Position numbers and translations under genes: made by a program. From Candidatus Micrarchaeia archaeon (GTDB lineage Archaea; Micrarchaeota; Micrarchaeia; Burarchaeales; JAVZCV01), in contig JAVZCV010000003.1 of assembly GCA_038874215.1 (NCBI GenBank), positions 1 to 52,060 on the forward strand: a DNA stretch of 52,060 nucleotides, written 5' to 3'. The notes beneath the pieces were generated by a model. The model did not search any database. It worked only from the letters and a program-made list of their open reading frames with translations, and was not told the origin of the DNA. Numbering within the stretch: the first letter of the stretch is position 1; each line of letters starts with the position of its first letter. Below are positions 18,811 to 28,374 of this stretch, piece after piece.

Positions 18811-19644
18811 ATGGTGCTTATGAAATCCAAGTTAAAGGGGCAGATTGCGATTTTCATATCGGCGCTATTTTTCTCGCTGATGGCGGTGGGTGTTAGTTAT
18901 GGTAACCGCATGTTTGGTTTATCAGGGATGCTTGCTTCTCTCGGGCGCTTTCTTGTAGGTATTTCAATCGTCTTAGTGCTCATTCTTATCGGCGTTATAA
19001 AGCCAGAGATTAAAAACTTGAAGGGCTGGTTGTTGCGCGGTATCTTTGGAAGCGTTGCGATGGTTCTGTATTTTAGCTCAATATCATATATAGGGAGCGC
19101 ACGTGCGCTACTGCTCAACATGACTTCCCCTATTTTTGTTGCGGTATTTGCGTATTTCATATTTAAAGAAAGGGTAAGAAAACGCGAGATAATCGCCATG
19201 CTTCTATCAATTTGCGGTGGCTTTATCATTTATCAGGCGGGGAGTACAGAGATTATTGGGATTTTAACGGGCATTGGTTCAGCAGTATCCGCGGGTTTTG
19301 CTATAAACATAGTGAGAGAGCTTAGGAATGAGAATGCGGCGCTTGTTTATGCCGCAACATGCCTCAGCGGGCTGGTTCTCACCTTCGCAGAATTTCCCGC
19401 ATTGCTATCTGCCTCATACATAGAGCTCGCAGTGCTTTTGCTTGTGGGTTTTCTCGCTTTTTTAGGCCAGATTTTCATGACGTGGGCATATAGGAATATA
19501 ACCGCAAGCCAAGGAAGCGCAATATCTTATGTATCTATTCCGCTTACAGCAATACTTGCGCATTTCTTCGTAGGTGAGCCGATTGATGCGCGCTTCTTAT
19601 TCGGAGGGACGCTTATATTTGTGGGCGTTCTTGTCGCACGGTGA
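18811..19644 (+). CDS. DMT/EamA family transporter
   Basis: About 10 TM segments in two EamA halves; LLRGIFG, TSPIF..KER and FFVGEP motifs. Confidence 0.9.
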   Translation: MVLMKSKLKGQIAIFISALFFSLMAVGVSYGNRMFGLSGMLASLGRFLVGISIVLVLILIGVIKPEIKNLKGWLLRGIFGSVAMVLYFSSISYIGSARALLLNMTSPIFVAVFAYFIFKERVRKREIIAMLLSICGGFIIYQAGSTEIIGILTGIGSAVSAGFAINIVRELRNENAALVYAATCLSGLVLTFAEFPALLSASYIELAVLLLVGFLAFLGQIFMTWAYRNITASQGSAISYVSIPLTAILAHFFVGEPIDARFLFGGTLIFVGVLVAR

Positions 19645-19685
19645 GAGTGCGTTCATTTTTTATATATGGCGGCGGATAACCCTTT

Positions 19686-21182
19686 ATGGATATTTGGGGT
19701 ATAATCTCAAAACGCTCAATACTAATACCTTCCGCAGAGATATATGGGCAGTACGGGGGTTTTTACGACTATGGGCCCGTTGGATGCGCAATAAAGCGGA
19801 GAATTGAGGCTGCTTGGCGCGATTTTTTCATAAGAAGGGAGGGTTTTTTGGAGGTAGATACGAGTACCATATTGCCCGAAATAGTTTTGCAGGCTTCGGG
19901 GCATGTAGGGCATTTTGCAGACCCGCTCGTTGAATGCACCAAGTGCAAGAAGCGGTTTAGAGCAGATTATGTAATAAGAGATGCTATAGGCAAGAATATG
20001 GATGGCAGGCCGCTTGAAGAGATGAACAGGGTTATAAAAGAAGAAGGCATAAAGTGCCCAGAATGCGGCGGCACGCTTGGGAGTGCATCGGATTTTAACC
20101 TGATGTTCAAAACAACCATAGGCGCTGTTGAGGGGAATACAGGGTATATGCGCCCAGAAACGGCACAGGGGATATTCCTCGCATTTCCATCCTTATTTAG
20201 AAGTTTTGGGCAAAAGCTCCCTTTGGGAATAGCGCAAATAGGCAAGAGTTATAGAAATGAGATTTCGCCAAGGCAGGGATTGCTGCGGCTGCGCGAGTTC
20301 ACACAGATGGAGATAGAGTATTTCTTTGACCCCGAAGATCCTACGCATGCGAGGTTTGGGGAAGTCTGGGATGAGAAAATACGGATACTCACGCGGGAGG
20401 CCCAGCTTGAAGGAGGGGATGAAAAAGAGCTTACTGCTGCAGAGTGGGTTAAGAAAGGCGTTTTGCCAAATGAAATAATGGCGTATTTTCTTGTCCGAGA
20501 AACGCAGTTTTACACGATGCTCGGCATACCATATGAGATGTTCAGGTTCAGGCACATGCTCCCTGAGGAAACGCCGCACTACTCGGGCGGGAATTTTGAC
20601 TTAGAGGTGAAAACAAGCTATGGCTGGATTGAAACGATTGGAAACGCTTACAGGAGAGACTATGACTTGTCAAGCCATGCGAAAATGAGCAAAGAAGACC
20701 TAAGCGTGCTCGTTGATGAGGATGGTAAACGGAGGCGCTTCATTCCTCATGTTGTTGAACCGAGTTTTGGTGTTGATAGGCTTTTCTGGTGTCTTCTTGA
20801 AGCTTCTTTTAGGAAAAAGGGGGAGGGAAAAGAGTGGGAGTGGTTCGCCTTCTCTCCGCTTGTTGCTCCTTTTGACGCCGCCGTTTTCCCGCTTATGAAA
20901 AAAGACGGGCTGGCTGAAAAAGCGAGAGAAGTTGCGCGCGAGCTCCGAAATTCCAGCCTGAGCATAAACTACGATGAAACAGGGAGTATAGGGAAGAGGT
21001 ATGCGCGCGCTGATGAGATCGGGATACCATACTGCATTACTGTTGATTATGAAACCCTTGAAAAAAACACCGTAACACTTAGATTTAGGGACGACGCCGA
21101 ACAGGTTCGGCTGCCAATTGAAGGGCTTTCAGAAAATTTGCGCAAGTTTGCATCACAGGGTATAACGAGAAAATTAAAATAG
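19686..21182 (+). CDS. glyS: Glycyl-tRNA synthetase (homodimeric archaeal/eukaryal type)
   Basis: YDYGPVG, MRPETAQGIF, RNEISPRQGLLRLREFTQMEIE, VVEPSFGVDR and SIGKRYARADEIG motifs. Confidence 0.97.
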   Translation: MDIWGIISKRSILIPSAEIYGQYGGFYDYGPVGCAIKRRIEAAWRDFFIRREGFLEVDTSTILPEIVLQASGHVGHFADPLVECTKCKKRFRADYVIRDAIGKNMDGRPLEEMNRVIKEEGIKCPECGGTLGSASDFNLMFKTTIGAVEGNTGYMRPETAQGIFLAFPSLFRSFGQKLPLGIAQIGKSYRNEISPRQGLLRLREFTQMEIEYFFDPEDPTHARFGEVWDEKIRILTREAQLEGGDEKELTAAEWVKKGVLPNEIMAYFLVRETQFYTMLGIPYEMFRFRHMLPEETPHYSGGNFDLEVKTSYGWIETIGNAYRRDYDLSSHAKMSKEDLSVLVDEDGKRRRFIPHVVEPSFGVDRLFWCLLEASFRKKGEGKEWEWFAFSPLVAPFDAAVFPLMKKDGLAEKAREVARELRNSSLSINYDETGSIGKRYARADEIGIPYCITVDYETLEKNTVTLRFRDDAEQVRLPIEGLSENLRKFASQGITRKLK

Positions 21183-21185
21183 AGA

Positions 21186-21743
21186 GTGCAGTTGATGCTT
21201 GATTTTCTCGTTCCTTTCACTGCAATCGCAGTTGCCGAATTCGGAGACAAAACACAGCTCTCTATCCTATTGCTGTCATCTCAAACAAAGGAGCGGCTCC
21301 AGCTCTTCATTGGGTTGATGCTCGCTTTTTTGGTTGTTGACGGCATTGCCGTTCTTGCCGGCTCGTGGGCGACAAATATAATTCCAACGCATATTGTGAA
21401 AATCGCTTCGGCGCTACTTTTCATCGTTATTGGCGCAATGCTTTTTTGTGGTAAAATTGATGAAGAAAGGACGATACCGAAGTTTCAGTGCCCTTTCGTT
21501 TCGGGCTTTCTGCTCATTTTTATAGCAGAATGGGGGGATAAGACGCAGATGGCTGCTGGGATTTTCGCAACAATCTATAACCCGCTGCTTGTTCTTATAG
21601 GGACACTTGCGGCTCTCGGCTTAATTTCTCTAATCGCCCTATATTTTGGTGGGCTCGTATCGCATAAAATAGAGAGGCGTATGCTTGCAAAACTCTCTGG
21701 AATAGTGTTTATCTTAATCGGCCTTTCGGCTTTCTTATTCTAA
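21186..21743 (+). CDS. TMEM165/GDT1 (UPF0016) Ca/Mn transporter
   Basis: Duplicated EFGDKTQ and EWGDKTQ motifs. Confidence 0.93.
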   Translation: MQLMLDFLVPFTAIAVAEFGDKTQLSILLLSSQTKERLQLFIGLMLAFLVVDGIAVLAGSWATNIIPTHIVKIASALLFIVIGAMLFCGKIDEERTIPKFQCPFVSGFLLIFIAEWGDKTQMAAGIFATIYNPLLVLIGTLAALGLISLIALYFGGLVSHKIERRMLAKLSGIVFILIGLSAFLF

Positions 21744-22159
21744 TCATTCCCTTTCCATTCCTTCAATATCATTTTCGTATCGGTATTTGCAACGCCACTT
21801 ACAAGCCGCATCTTGTCAACAGTCTGGTTCAAAACTGCTATGTTGGGTGCGCTTACGAGAACTGCAATATCGTGACTGCCTGTTAGTTCATAAACCTTCT
21901 CAACGCCGTTTATATCGCTCAGATTTTTTGCAACCTCGGGAGACTGCCCTCTCACAGTTATGAAGACGATTGCACGCAGGTTGCCTACTCCCTCCTCGGT
22001 TTCTACTGTAAATTTCCGTATCGCGCCCGTTTCAACCAGTTTTTTAATCCGCTTGCGCACTGCTGCCTCGGTGAGCTTTACCTTTTTTCCGATTTCCGCA
22101 TTCGTAGTGCGCGCATTGGAGCGAAGAATTTCTATTATTTTTCTATTGGTTTCGTCCAT
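21740..22159 (-). CDS. Lrp/AsnC transcriptional regulator, LysM-like
   Basis: HTH NARTTNAEIGKKVKLTEAAVRKRIKKL and RAM domain VYELTGSHDI. The EAAVRKR helix resembles crenarchaeal LysM. Confidence 0.9.
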   Translation of the reverse strand: MDETNRKIIEILRSNARTTNAEIGKKVKLTEAAVRKRIKKLVETGAIRKFTVETEEGVGNLRAIVFITVRGQSPEVAKNLSDINGVEKVYELTGSHDIAVLVSAPNIAVLNQTVDKMRLVSGVANTDTKMILKEWKGND

Positions 22160-22212
22160 GAAAAAATTGGCGGGCCTTAATATTTAATACTTATTGCGAA
22201 TGTAAAACAAAA

Positions 22213-22227
22213 GTACGAAAAACGTAT
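22213..22227. promoter_or_regulatory. Putative Lrp/LysM operator GTACG-AAAAA-CGTAT
   Basis: 15-bp near-palindrome just upstream of the BRE/TATA (about 22181-22198) of the Lrp gene. Its first 12 bp recur exactly at 31833. Confidence 0.65.
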
Positions 22228-22298
22228 CAGAGCGCGCAACACTAATCCAAGGTTACAGACCCGTACCGAAACGCCTATGATTTTCCAGCCAAACAAAA

Positions 22299-22421
22299 AT
22301 GTCTAAGATAAAAGCTGATGTTGGGATGCATAAACGGTTTGGAATAGATTTTATAATTTTTGATAACACCGCATATTTAGTCGAATGCGGGCAGGAAGAG
22401 CTTGAAAATGGGAATGACTGA
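22299..22421 (+). CDS. Possible 40-aa small protein
   Basis: MSKIKADVGMHKRFGIDFIIFDNTAYLVECGQEELENGND* fills an otherwise large intergenic gap; no recognisable motif. Confidence 0.2.
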   Translation: MSKIKADVGMHKRFGIDFIIFDNTAYLVECGQEELENGND

Positions 22422-22469
22422 AAAACTCATGAAATGAGTTTTTGATGATTGTAGGCATTCATTTACAAG

Positions 22470-23699
22470 GTGGGGATGGTTAGGTTGAAGAAAATCAGCG
22501 AAATGATTTCCAGCGATTTTGTGATGGTTTTGCTGCTTGGTTTTTTGAGCATGGGGATAGTAGTGGGATATGATAAAAGAATTCTGCCACTATTTCTCGT
22601 TATCTTTGCAGGCTATTTCGCTGTCTCCATTTTTGTTAGAAATGAAGAGCTCGCCAGAAAAGCTAAAACCGCATTGCTACTCTCTTTAATAACGATAGTT
22701 GCGATTCTGCCAGGGGTAAGCAGGATAAATGCAACGCACAAGAGTCCAACTCCCGTATTCACCAAACACGATGGTGCAGTACAGGTTGAAGAAGCCGTAA
22801 AAATGCTCTTAAATGGAAAGAACCCTTATGTGGAGAATTATGCCAATACCCCTGTTTTTCTTTTTGGTGGCGATATGAACCCAGCGCTCTACTGCCTCGT
22901 GTATCTGCCATTTGTTCTCTACATTACGATACCTGCGCATGTCTTTTCAAATTTTCTTATAGGGTGGTTTGATGTAAGGATGCTATTAATGGCTTTCTTT
23001 ATCGCATCAATTTTTTTTATTTATGAGATTGCAGACCTTAAGAGGAAGCTGGTGGGAGTCGCTGCCTTCTCACTACTTCCCCTTGTTAATCTTTACCTTG
23101 TTTTGGATGGAAGAAACGATATACTACCTATTGCACTTTACCTCCTTGTCTTACTCGCACTCCAGAAAAATAAGTTGGATTTCGCACTCGCTTTTCTTGC
23201 CGCTGCTACAGCAACAAAACAAACTGCATGGCCTCTCGTGCCTTTTGTTCTGCTTTATGTGGCACGGGATGAGATAAAAAGCGGAAGATGGAGGACAGCA
23301 GCCATCAAGCTTTGGGTATTTTTTGCAATTCTCCTCCTGCTTGTTGCACCATTCATTCTGTGGAGCCCCTACGATTTTTTTGCAGATGTTGTTCTATATG
23401 GGTTTGGGCTGGCTAAAACATATAATATATCGCCAGAAAACTTTGGGTTAATGGGTATCCTTGTGAGGATGAATGTCATTAATGCTGGGGATGTGATTCC
23501 CCTCTGGGTTCCTATGTTTGTTTTCGATGTGCCGATTATGCTCTTTCTTCTTAGAGATCAGATGGAAGATAACAGCATAAAACGTGTAGCCCTGAACTAT
23601 CTCTATCTTCTCGCATTTCTGCTCATCTTTTCACGCTTTTTCCATATGAATCATCTTGCCCATCTTTATCTTGTTGCAGTTATATGGTATGTGCTTTAA
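22470..23699 (+). CDS. GT-C membrane glycosyltransferase (GT87/DUF2029-like)
   Basis: HDG...E, GKNPY, YLP, GRND and TKQ motifs; multi-TM. Confidence 0.7.
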   Translation: MGMVRLKKISEMISSDFVMVLLLGFLSMGIVVGYDKRILPLFLVIFAGYFAVSIFVRNEELARKAKTALLLSLITIVAILPGVSRINATHKSPTPVFTKHDGAVQVEEAVKMLLNGKNPYVENYANTPVFLFGGDMNPALYCLVYLPFVLYITIPAHVFSNFLIGWFDVRMLLMAFFIASIFFIYEIADLKRKLVGVAAFSLLPLVNLYLVLDGRNDILPIALYLLVLLALQKNKLDFALAFLAAATATKQTAWPLVPFVLLYVARDEIKSGRWRTAAIKLWVFFAILLLLVAPFILWSPYDFFADVVLYGFGLAKTYNISPENFGLMGILVRMNVINAGDVIPLWVPMFVFDVPIMLFLLRDQMEDNSIKRVALNYLYLLAFLLIFSRFFHMNHLAHLYLVAVIWYVL

Positions 23700-23716
23700 T
23701 TAGAGGAGAGGGCAAC

Positions 23717-24409
23717 ATGAGGTATTCCATAATCGTGCCAGCATATAAAAAAGAGGCAGAAATAGGAAACATGCTGCATTCCTATTTAGAATATTTCAGA
23801 AAAAAAGGCGGTAGTTTTGAGTTTCTTGTAGTGTGCGATGATGAGGCGACGGCTGGGGTAGCCAAAAAATTTAGGGAAATGTATAAGGAAGTCATTGTAA
23901 TTGAAAATAAAAGCCGTGTGGGAAAAGGTAAAGCTATACAGATAGGCTTGGAAAAGGCGAATAGTGAAATAGTCGGATTCGTAGATGGGGATTTTTCGGT
24001 GGAGCCCTATGAATTCGCAAAGTTGATAGAGGAGATAGAGAAAAATGAGGAACTGGACTGTGTGATAGGCTCGCGGTGGATGAAAGGCTCCAAGCTTGAA
24101 CAAAAAATATTAAGGAAGGTAGCAAGCAGGGCTTTTAATCTTATTTTGCGTATAATTCTGGGTTTTGATTATGCAGATACGCAGTGCGGCGCAAAAGTTT
24201 TGCGCAGAAGGGTGCTGCCAATAGTGAAGGAAGCTAAGATAGGTGGCTTTGCTTTTGACATTGAACTGCTTCTCTTGCTCAAAAAAAATGGGTGCACAAT
24301 AAAGGAGGTGCCGATAAGATGGGTAGATAGGGGAAGGTCTACTGTTACAATTTTTGATATTGCTATTATGTTTATTGACGTCCTTCGGATACGAAGATAC
24401 TATTTGTGA
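23717..24409 (+). CDS. GT2 dolichyl-phosphate hexose synthase-like glycosyltransferase
   Basis: SIIVPAY, GKGKA, FVDGD, GSR, DTQCGAK, FAFDIELL and EVPIRW motifs. Start placed at ATG 23717 after a GAGG RBS. Confidence 0.88.
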   Translation: MRYSIIVPAYKKEAEIGNMLHSYLEYFRKKGGSFEFLVVCDDEATAGVAKKFREMYKEVIVIENKSRVGKGKAIQIGLEKANSEIVGFVDGDFSVEPYEFAKLIEEIEKNEELDCVIGSRWMKGSKLEQKILRKVASRAFNLILRIILGFDYADTQCGAKVLRRRVLPIVKEAKIGGFAFDIELLLLLKKNGCTIKEVPIRWVDRGRSTVTIFDIAIMFIDVLRIRRYYL

Positions 24410-24423
24410 ATATTTTGGCTTTT

Positions 24424-26586
24424 TTATGCACAAGTCTTACCGTCTGTGCTGCACCTCTGCTTTGCGCATGGCACCTGAGTAGTGCACGTGCACCCACCAG
24501 TTACCGTGTCAAAGTAGCAGCCAGTGTAGAAAATTCCATCCTTGCAGTATTCATATTCGCATGTTGGGGTTGCTTCGCATACCTGTGTTCTTGGGTTGCA
24601 GTACTGGCTGCAACACTGCGTAGAATTCACGCATGCTGCACCGTTGCTGGCACATGGGGCACAACCCCTGTTATCTGAAGTGCATTGGCCGCTCGTGCAT
24701 TTTACTTCAGTGGGGCATACGCACCGCATTGCCTGCGAATTATAATAGCACCCTGAGTAGAATACACCATTCCTGCAGTATTCATATTCGCATGTTGGGG
24801 TTGCTTCGCATACCTGTGTTCTTGGGTTGCAGTACTGGCTGCAACATTCGGTGCTGTTGCTGCACTTTTCTCCGTTCTGGTAGCATGACGGACCGCACGA
24901 CCTGCCATCTCTTGAACAAATTCCGCTTGCACATTTTGTAAATGAGCAGTTGCATTGGTTTGTTCTTGTGTCAAAGTAGCAGCCAGTGTAGAAAATTCCA
25001 TCCTTGCAGTATTCATATTCGCATGTTGGGGTTGCTTCGCATACCTGTGTTCTTGGGTTGCAGTACTGGCTGCAACAGTCTGAATTCGCACCACACCTTT
25101 CCCCATAACCGACGCATGTTGGTTTAGAACCGCATGTATTTGTTCTCAAATCGCAGTAGCCACTGCAACACTCTGAATCAAGCTTGCATCTTCCTCCATC
25201 GGTTGTGCAGTTGGGCACTCTCTTGCAGTAGCCGCCAATGCATGCCATGCCAGGGCAACAGGTCATATTGGTGGGTATATTTGCGGTTGCGCCCGTTGTT
25301 GCAACGCACCTCTCACCCTCCAAGAGGCATGGTTTTGTTTCTTTGCATATGTTCTCAACACAGTAGCCTTTGCAGCAATCCGTGTCATTAAGGCATTTGT
25401 CCCCCATTTCCCTGCATGGAAGGGCTGGTGGTTGGCAAGTGTATCGCACCTGCCCAACAGAAGCTGCTCTCGTAATAGGCACGCCCGAAACAGGCAGACA
25501 CTCAAGCCCTGGGCAGCAGACTGGCACTTTGCTTAGGTCTGGCAAGGCGAGTGTTCTCAATTCCACAATGGGTCTGCACTCACTGCCCTGCTCAATGCAC
25601 TTGTATTTTTCACACTCCCCTTCACTTGCAATTTTAACTCCAGCACACCTTGCGTAGCACTCATTCGGGTATGTTCTCCCATCAACACCGCAAACGGGCT
25701 TGTAGTATTCTGGGCAGACGCAGTCCTTATTGCAGTAGAGCGGGCAGTCTCCTTTATTATTAACTATAAGCCCATTCCAGCACTCGTATACTATTCGCAC
25801 TGCATTGCTTGGCAAAACCGCGGCTACAGCAGTGCTCGGGTATTCGGGTTGCGGGCATGGAGCAGAGCAGTCTGCCTCATCTTTTACTCTTCTGCCATCA
25901 GAGCATATGTAATAAACGAGTATATTTCCCTGCCCGCATGCACTTGGCGTAGTGACTATTGTTCCATCACTGCATTTGTATCTCTTTTCTACATAGTATA
26001 TGGCGCATTTTGACTGCGCCACGGTAGCGGTGAACTGGCACCCGCATTCTGCCTCACTGCTCACTAACCTGCCGTCAGAGCAGTAATAAAGCGTCTCCAC
26101 AACCGCACCGCAGTCAGTTGGGTCATCGGTCTCTCTTCCGTTGGGACAGACAAAAACTTTTTTAACAGCATAGTAATCGCATCTGGTGGCATTTTCACAA
26201 TCGCCCTTGTTTTTCACAATTCTACCGTCTGCACAAAGATATCTTGTGAGCGGTTCGGGTTCTACGCACGGCTTTTCTTTCTCCTGTGGGCAGCAGTTGC
26301 AATTGCAGTGGCAGATGGGCGTCGTTGGGCTTAGAGTTGAAATTACCTCAACTCGCGTATCTGCAGTGCGTATTATCGTGCCGTTTTCAAGCTGATAGGC
26401 ATCTCCAGATATTCTCGTTGCAGTAGTGGTAATTTCCTTTCCAGTTGCATTATCCGAGAATTTTATTAGATATGCATTGTTCCCTTGCTTTTCCACTTCA
26501 ACCATGACTTTTTCGGGAGGGGAGGTACATCCAAGTAAAAAGGCAGCCACAAAAAGAAGGCAGGCAAACACAAACCAACCACGCAT
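24424..26586 (-). CDS. Secreted Cys-rich lipoprotein with CxDG repeats, a Kazal domain and knottin-like repeats
   Basis: Signal peptide with lipobox LLGC. Six (Y/F)xCx(D/N)G...C units. Kazal [37 protein letters not shown] (25612-25722). Seven C-C-CC-C-C modules. Confidence 0.85.
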   Translation of the reverse strand: MRGWFVFACLLFVAAFLLGCTSPPEKVMVEVEKQGNNAYLIKFSDNATGKEITTTATRISGDAYQLENGTIIRTADTRVEVISTLSPTTPICHCNCNCCPQEKEKPCVEPEPLTRYLCADGRIVKNKGDCENATRCDYYAVKKVFVCPNGRETDDPTDCGAVVETLYYCSDGRLVSSEAECGCQFTATVAQSKCAIYYVEKRYKCSDGTIVTTPSACGQGNILVYYICSDGRRVKDEADCSAPCPQPEYPSTAVAAVLPSNAVRIVYECWNGLIVNNKGDCPLYCNKDCVCPEYYKPVCGVDGRTYPNECYARCAGVKIASEGECEKYKCIEQGSECRPIVELRTLALPDLSKVPVCCPGLECLPVSGVPITRAASVGQVRYTCQPPALPCREMGDKCLNDTDCCKGYCVENICKETKPCLLEGERCVATTGATANIPTNMTCCPGMACIGGYCKRVPNCTTDGGRCKLDSECCSGYCDLRTNTCGSKPTCVGYGERCGANSDCCSQYCNPRTQVCEATPTCEYEYCKDGIFYTGCYFDTRTNQCNCSFTKCASGICSRDGRSCGPSCYQNGEKCSNSTECCSQYCNPRTQVCEATPTCEYEYCRNGVFYSGCYYNSQAMRCVCPTEVKCTSGQCTSDNRGCAPCASNGAACVNSTQCCSQYCNPRTQVCEATPTCEYEYCKDGIFYTGCYFDTVTGGCTCTTQVPCAKQRCSTDGKTCA
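24506..25077. repeat. Three intragenic tandem repeats, 231-bp period
   Basis: 73-bp identical core at 24543-24615, 24774-24846 and 25005-25077. Outer copies are identical over 110 bp (24506-24615 and 24968-25077). Confidence 0.9.
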
Positions 26587-26683
26587 TTATTTCACCCCGC
26601 TTTAATATTAGCAATATATTTTTATAACTAATAGTATGCGATTGTTCTCATTCGGTTCGTTTTTCGGAAATAAATGGTTGTTC

Positions 26684-27499
26684 TCATCCGATTCCCAGAA
26701 TTTCCGCAATCCCATATATCCTGCCAGGTTTTCCGTTTTTCGCAAGCCAAAGTGCGCTCTGGATAGCACCCGATGCAAACTCGCTCCTGCTGTACATAAG
26801 AGACTCTATTATAAGTCTCCCATGCTTGCCTACGACACGCAGCTCGTGCTGCCCAGGCGTTCCGCCAAGCCTCAAAACGCACATGTCAAGCTCGCCTTTC
26901 TCCTTCACCCTCATCTCCTCTTTTCTGTATATCACTTTGTCACAAGCCTTCGCCCCAATTACCATGTTCGCCATCGTCTTTGCGGTTCCTGAAGGCGCAT
27001 CCTTCTTACCAGTATGGTGCTCTTCTATTATGCCGAAATCATATCCAAGAGGTCCGAGTATCTCAGCTGCGCGCTTTGCAAGGTATATCTGGGTATTAAC
27101 GAGCGGTGAGAAATTTGAAGCGATTACAGCGCACCCCTTGCTCCTTTCAATCGCTTTTCTCACAGTGGAAAGCTGCGCCTCATTCATGCCCGTCGTTCCA
27201 ATAACTATGTTTTTGCCTGCCGCAGCTATCACGGGCACATTGCTTGCTTCTGCTTCCGGGGTAGTGAAGCTTATAGTGCAGTCCGCATCTGCGATTGCCT
27301 TGCTTAGTTCAGATGGGGGATAAAGTGGTGCATTCGTGCCAGCAACCTTTGCGCCTTTTTCAAAAGGCTCTGCCGTCACGCCAGCCACTATCTCCACTCT
27401 TCCTTTATAATTAGAGTTTATCTCCGCTGCCACTGCGCTCCCCATCCTCCCCGTCGCCCCCAGAATGCACACCCTGAGAATTTTCTCACCACCAGCCAT
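26684..27499 (-). CDS. dapB: 4-hydroxy-tetrahydrodipicolinate reductase
   Basis: GATGRMG, VIGTTG, ASNFS and EEHHTGKKDAPSGTA motifs. Confidence 0.95.
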   Translation of the reverse strand: MAGGEKILRVCILGATGRMGSAVAAEINSNYKGRVEIVAGVTAEPFEKGAKVAGTNAPLYPPSELSKAIADADCTISFTTPEAEASNVPVIAAAGKNIVIGTTGMNEAQLSTVRKAIERSKGCAVIASNFSPLVNTQIYLAKRAAEILGPLGYDFGIIEEHHTGKKDAPSGTAKTMANMVIGAKACDKVIYRKEEMRVKEKGELDMCVLRLGGTPGQHELRVVGKHGRLIIESLMYSRSEFASGAIQSALWLAKNGKPGRIYGIAEILGIG

Positions 27500-27510
27500 T
27501 TTACCACCCC

Positions 27511-28374
27511 CTATTCGTATTCAAATTCGCCTTCATACACGAATTCCGCATTCCCTATCAGATATGCGCATGAGATTTCATCTTTTTCAGCAGAAAGCAT
27601 GATTTCAAGCTCCCCGCCAGGAAGACGTGCCGTAACATGTTTTCCTGTCCTTTTTGTGATATAGCCAGCAGAAACGCTTGCCACTGCTCCTGTTCCGCAT
27701 GCGAGCGTTGCGCCTGCACCTCTCTCCCATGTCCGCATGATTATGCGTTTTGGTGAAACGACTTCAACGAAATGGACGTTTGTCCTGTTTGGGAACAGCG
27801 AGCTATTCTCAATCAGCGGGCCGATTTTCTCCAAGTCAATTTTCTCAACATCTTCAACAAAAATGACGGCATGGGGGTTGCCCGTGCTAACAGCGGTAAG
27901 CGTGATTTCGCCAACACCCTCAATTTTCACCTTTTCCTCTATGCACCTATCTTTTGCAAATTTCATTGGAATTTTTAAGCACTCAAAAATTGGCTTTCCC
28001 ATCATCACCTTAACCCTGTCCCCAACAATTTCGGGCTCAACTATTCCCGCAAGAGTCTCAACGCGCATTTTTTTTGCTACGCTATCCCTTTCAAGGTAGC
28101 GTGCAAAGCACCTAATTCCGTTTCCGCACATCTCCGCCTCGCTTCCATCCGCATTGAATATGCGCATGCGCGCATCGTTCTCGCTCTTTATCGCTTTGCA
28201 TACGAAGATTAAGCCGTCTGCGCCTATTGAGAATCGCCTCGTGCAGAGCATTTTTGCAAGTTTAGGCTTCAGCTCTTCTGAAAAAATCTCGCCTTTTCGT
28301 TCATCAATTATGATAAAATCGTTTCCCGTACCATGCATTTTTGTGAAGTGCACCTTCACGGAACCACCAGTCAA
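27511..28374 (-). CDS. dapF: Diaminopimelate epimerase
   Basis: FTKMHGTGNDF, NADGSEAEMCGNGIRC, GNPH and ERGAGATLACGTG motifs. Confidence 0.97.
   Translation of the reverse strand: MTGGSVKVHFTKMHGTGNDFIIIDERKGEIFSEELKPKLAKMLCTRRFSIGADGLIFVCKAIKSENDARMRIFNADGSEAEMCGNGIRCFARYLERDSVAKKMRVETLAGIVEPEIVGDRVKVMMGKPIFECLKIPMKFAKDRCIEEKVKIEGVGEITLTAVSTGNPHAVIFVEDVEKIDLEKIGPLIENSSLFPNRTNVHFVEVVSPKRIIMRTWERGAGATLACGTGAVASVSAGYITKRTGKHVTARLPGGELEIMLSAEKDEISCAYLIGNAEFVYEGEFEYE

Noticed and set aside
19666-19690. Frameshift at the start of glyS (out-of-frame ATG GCG GCG GAT AAC CC before ATG 19686)
   Set aside because: ATG 19686 already yields a complete-looking GlyRS; an indel cannot be shown without reads.
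22160-22470. tRNA or ncRNA in the larger intergenic gaps (also 31740-31960 and 18340-18810)
   Set aside because: I found no cloverleaf, T-loop GTTCRA in tRNA context or convincing stable hairpin; the gaps are explained by promoters, operators and small ORFs.
24506-25077. CRISPR-like array (identical cores with variable spacers)
   Set aside because: The 73-bp cores and 158-bp spacers are too long, the 231-bp period is in frame within a coding gene, and there are no cas genes.
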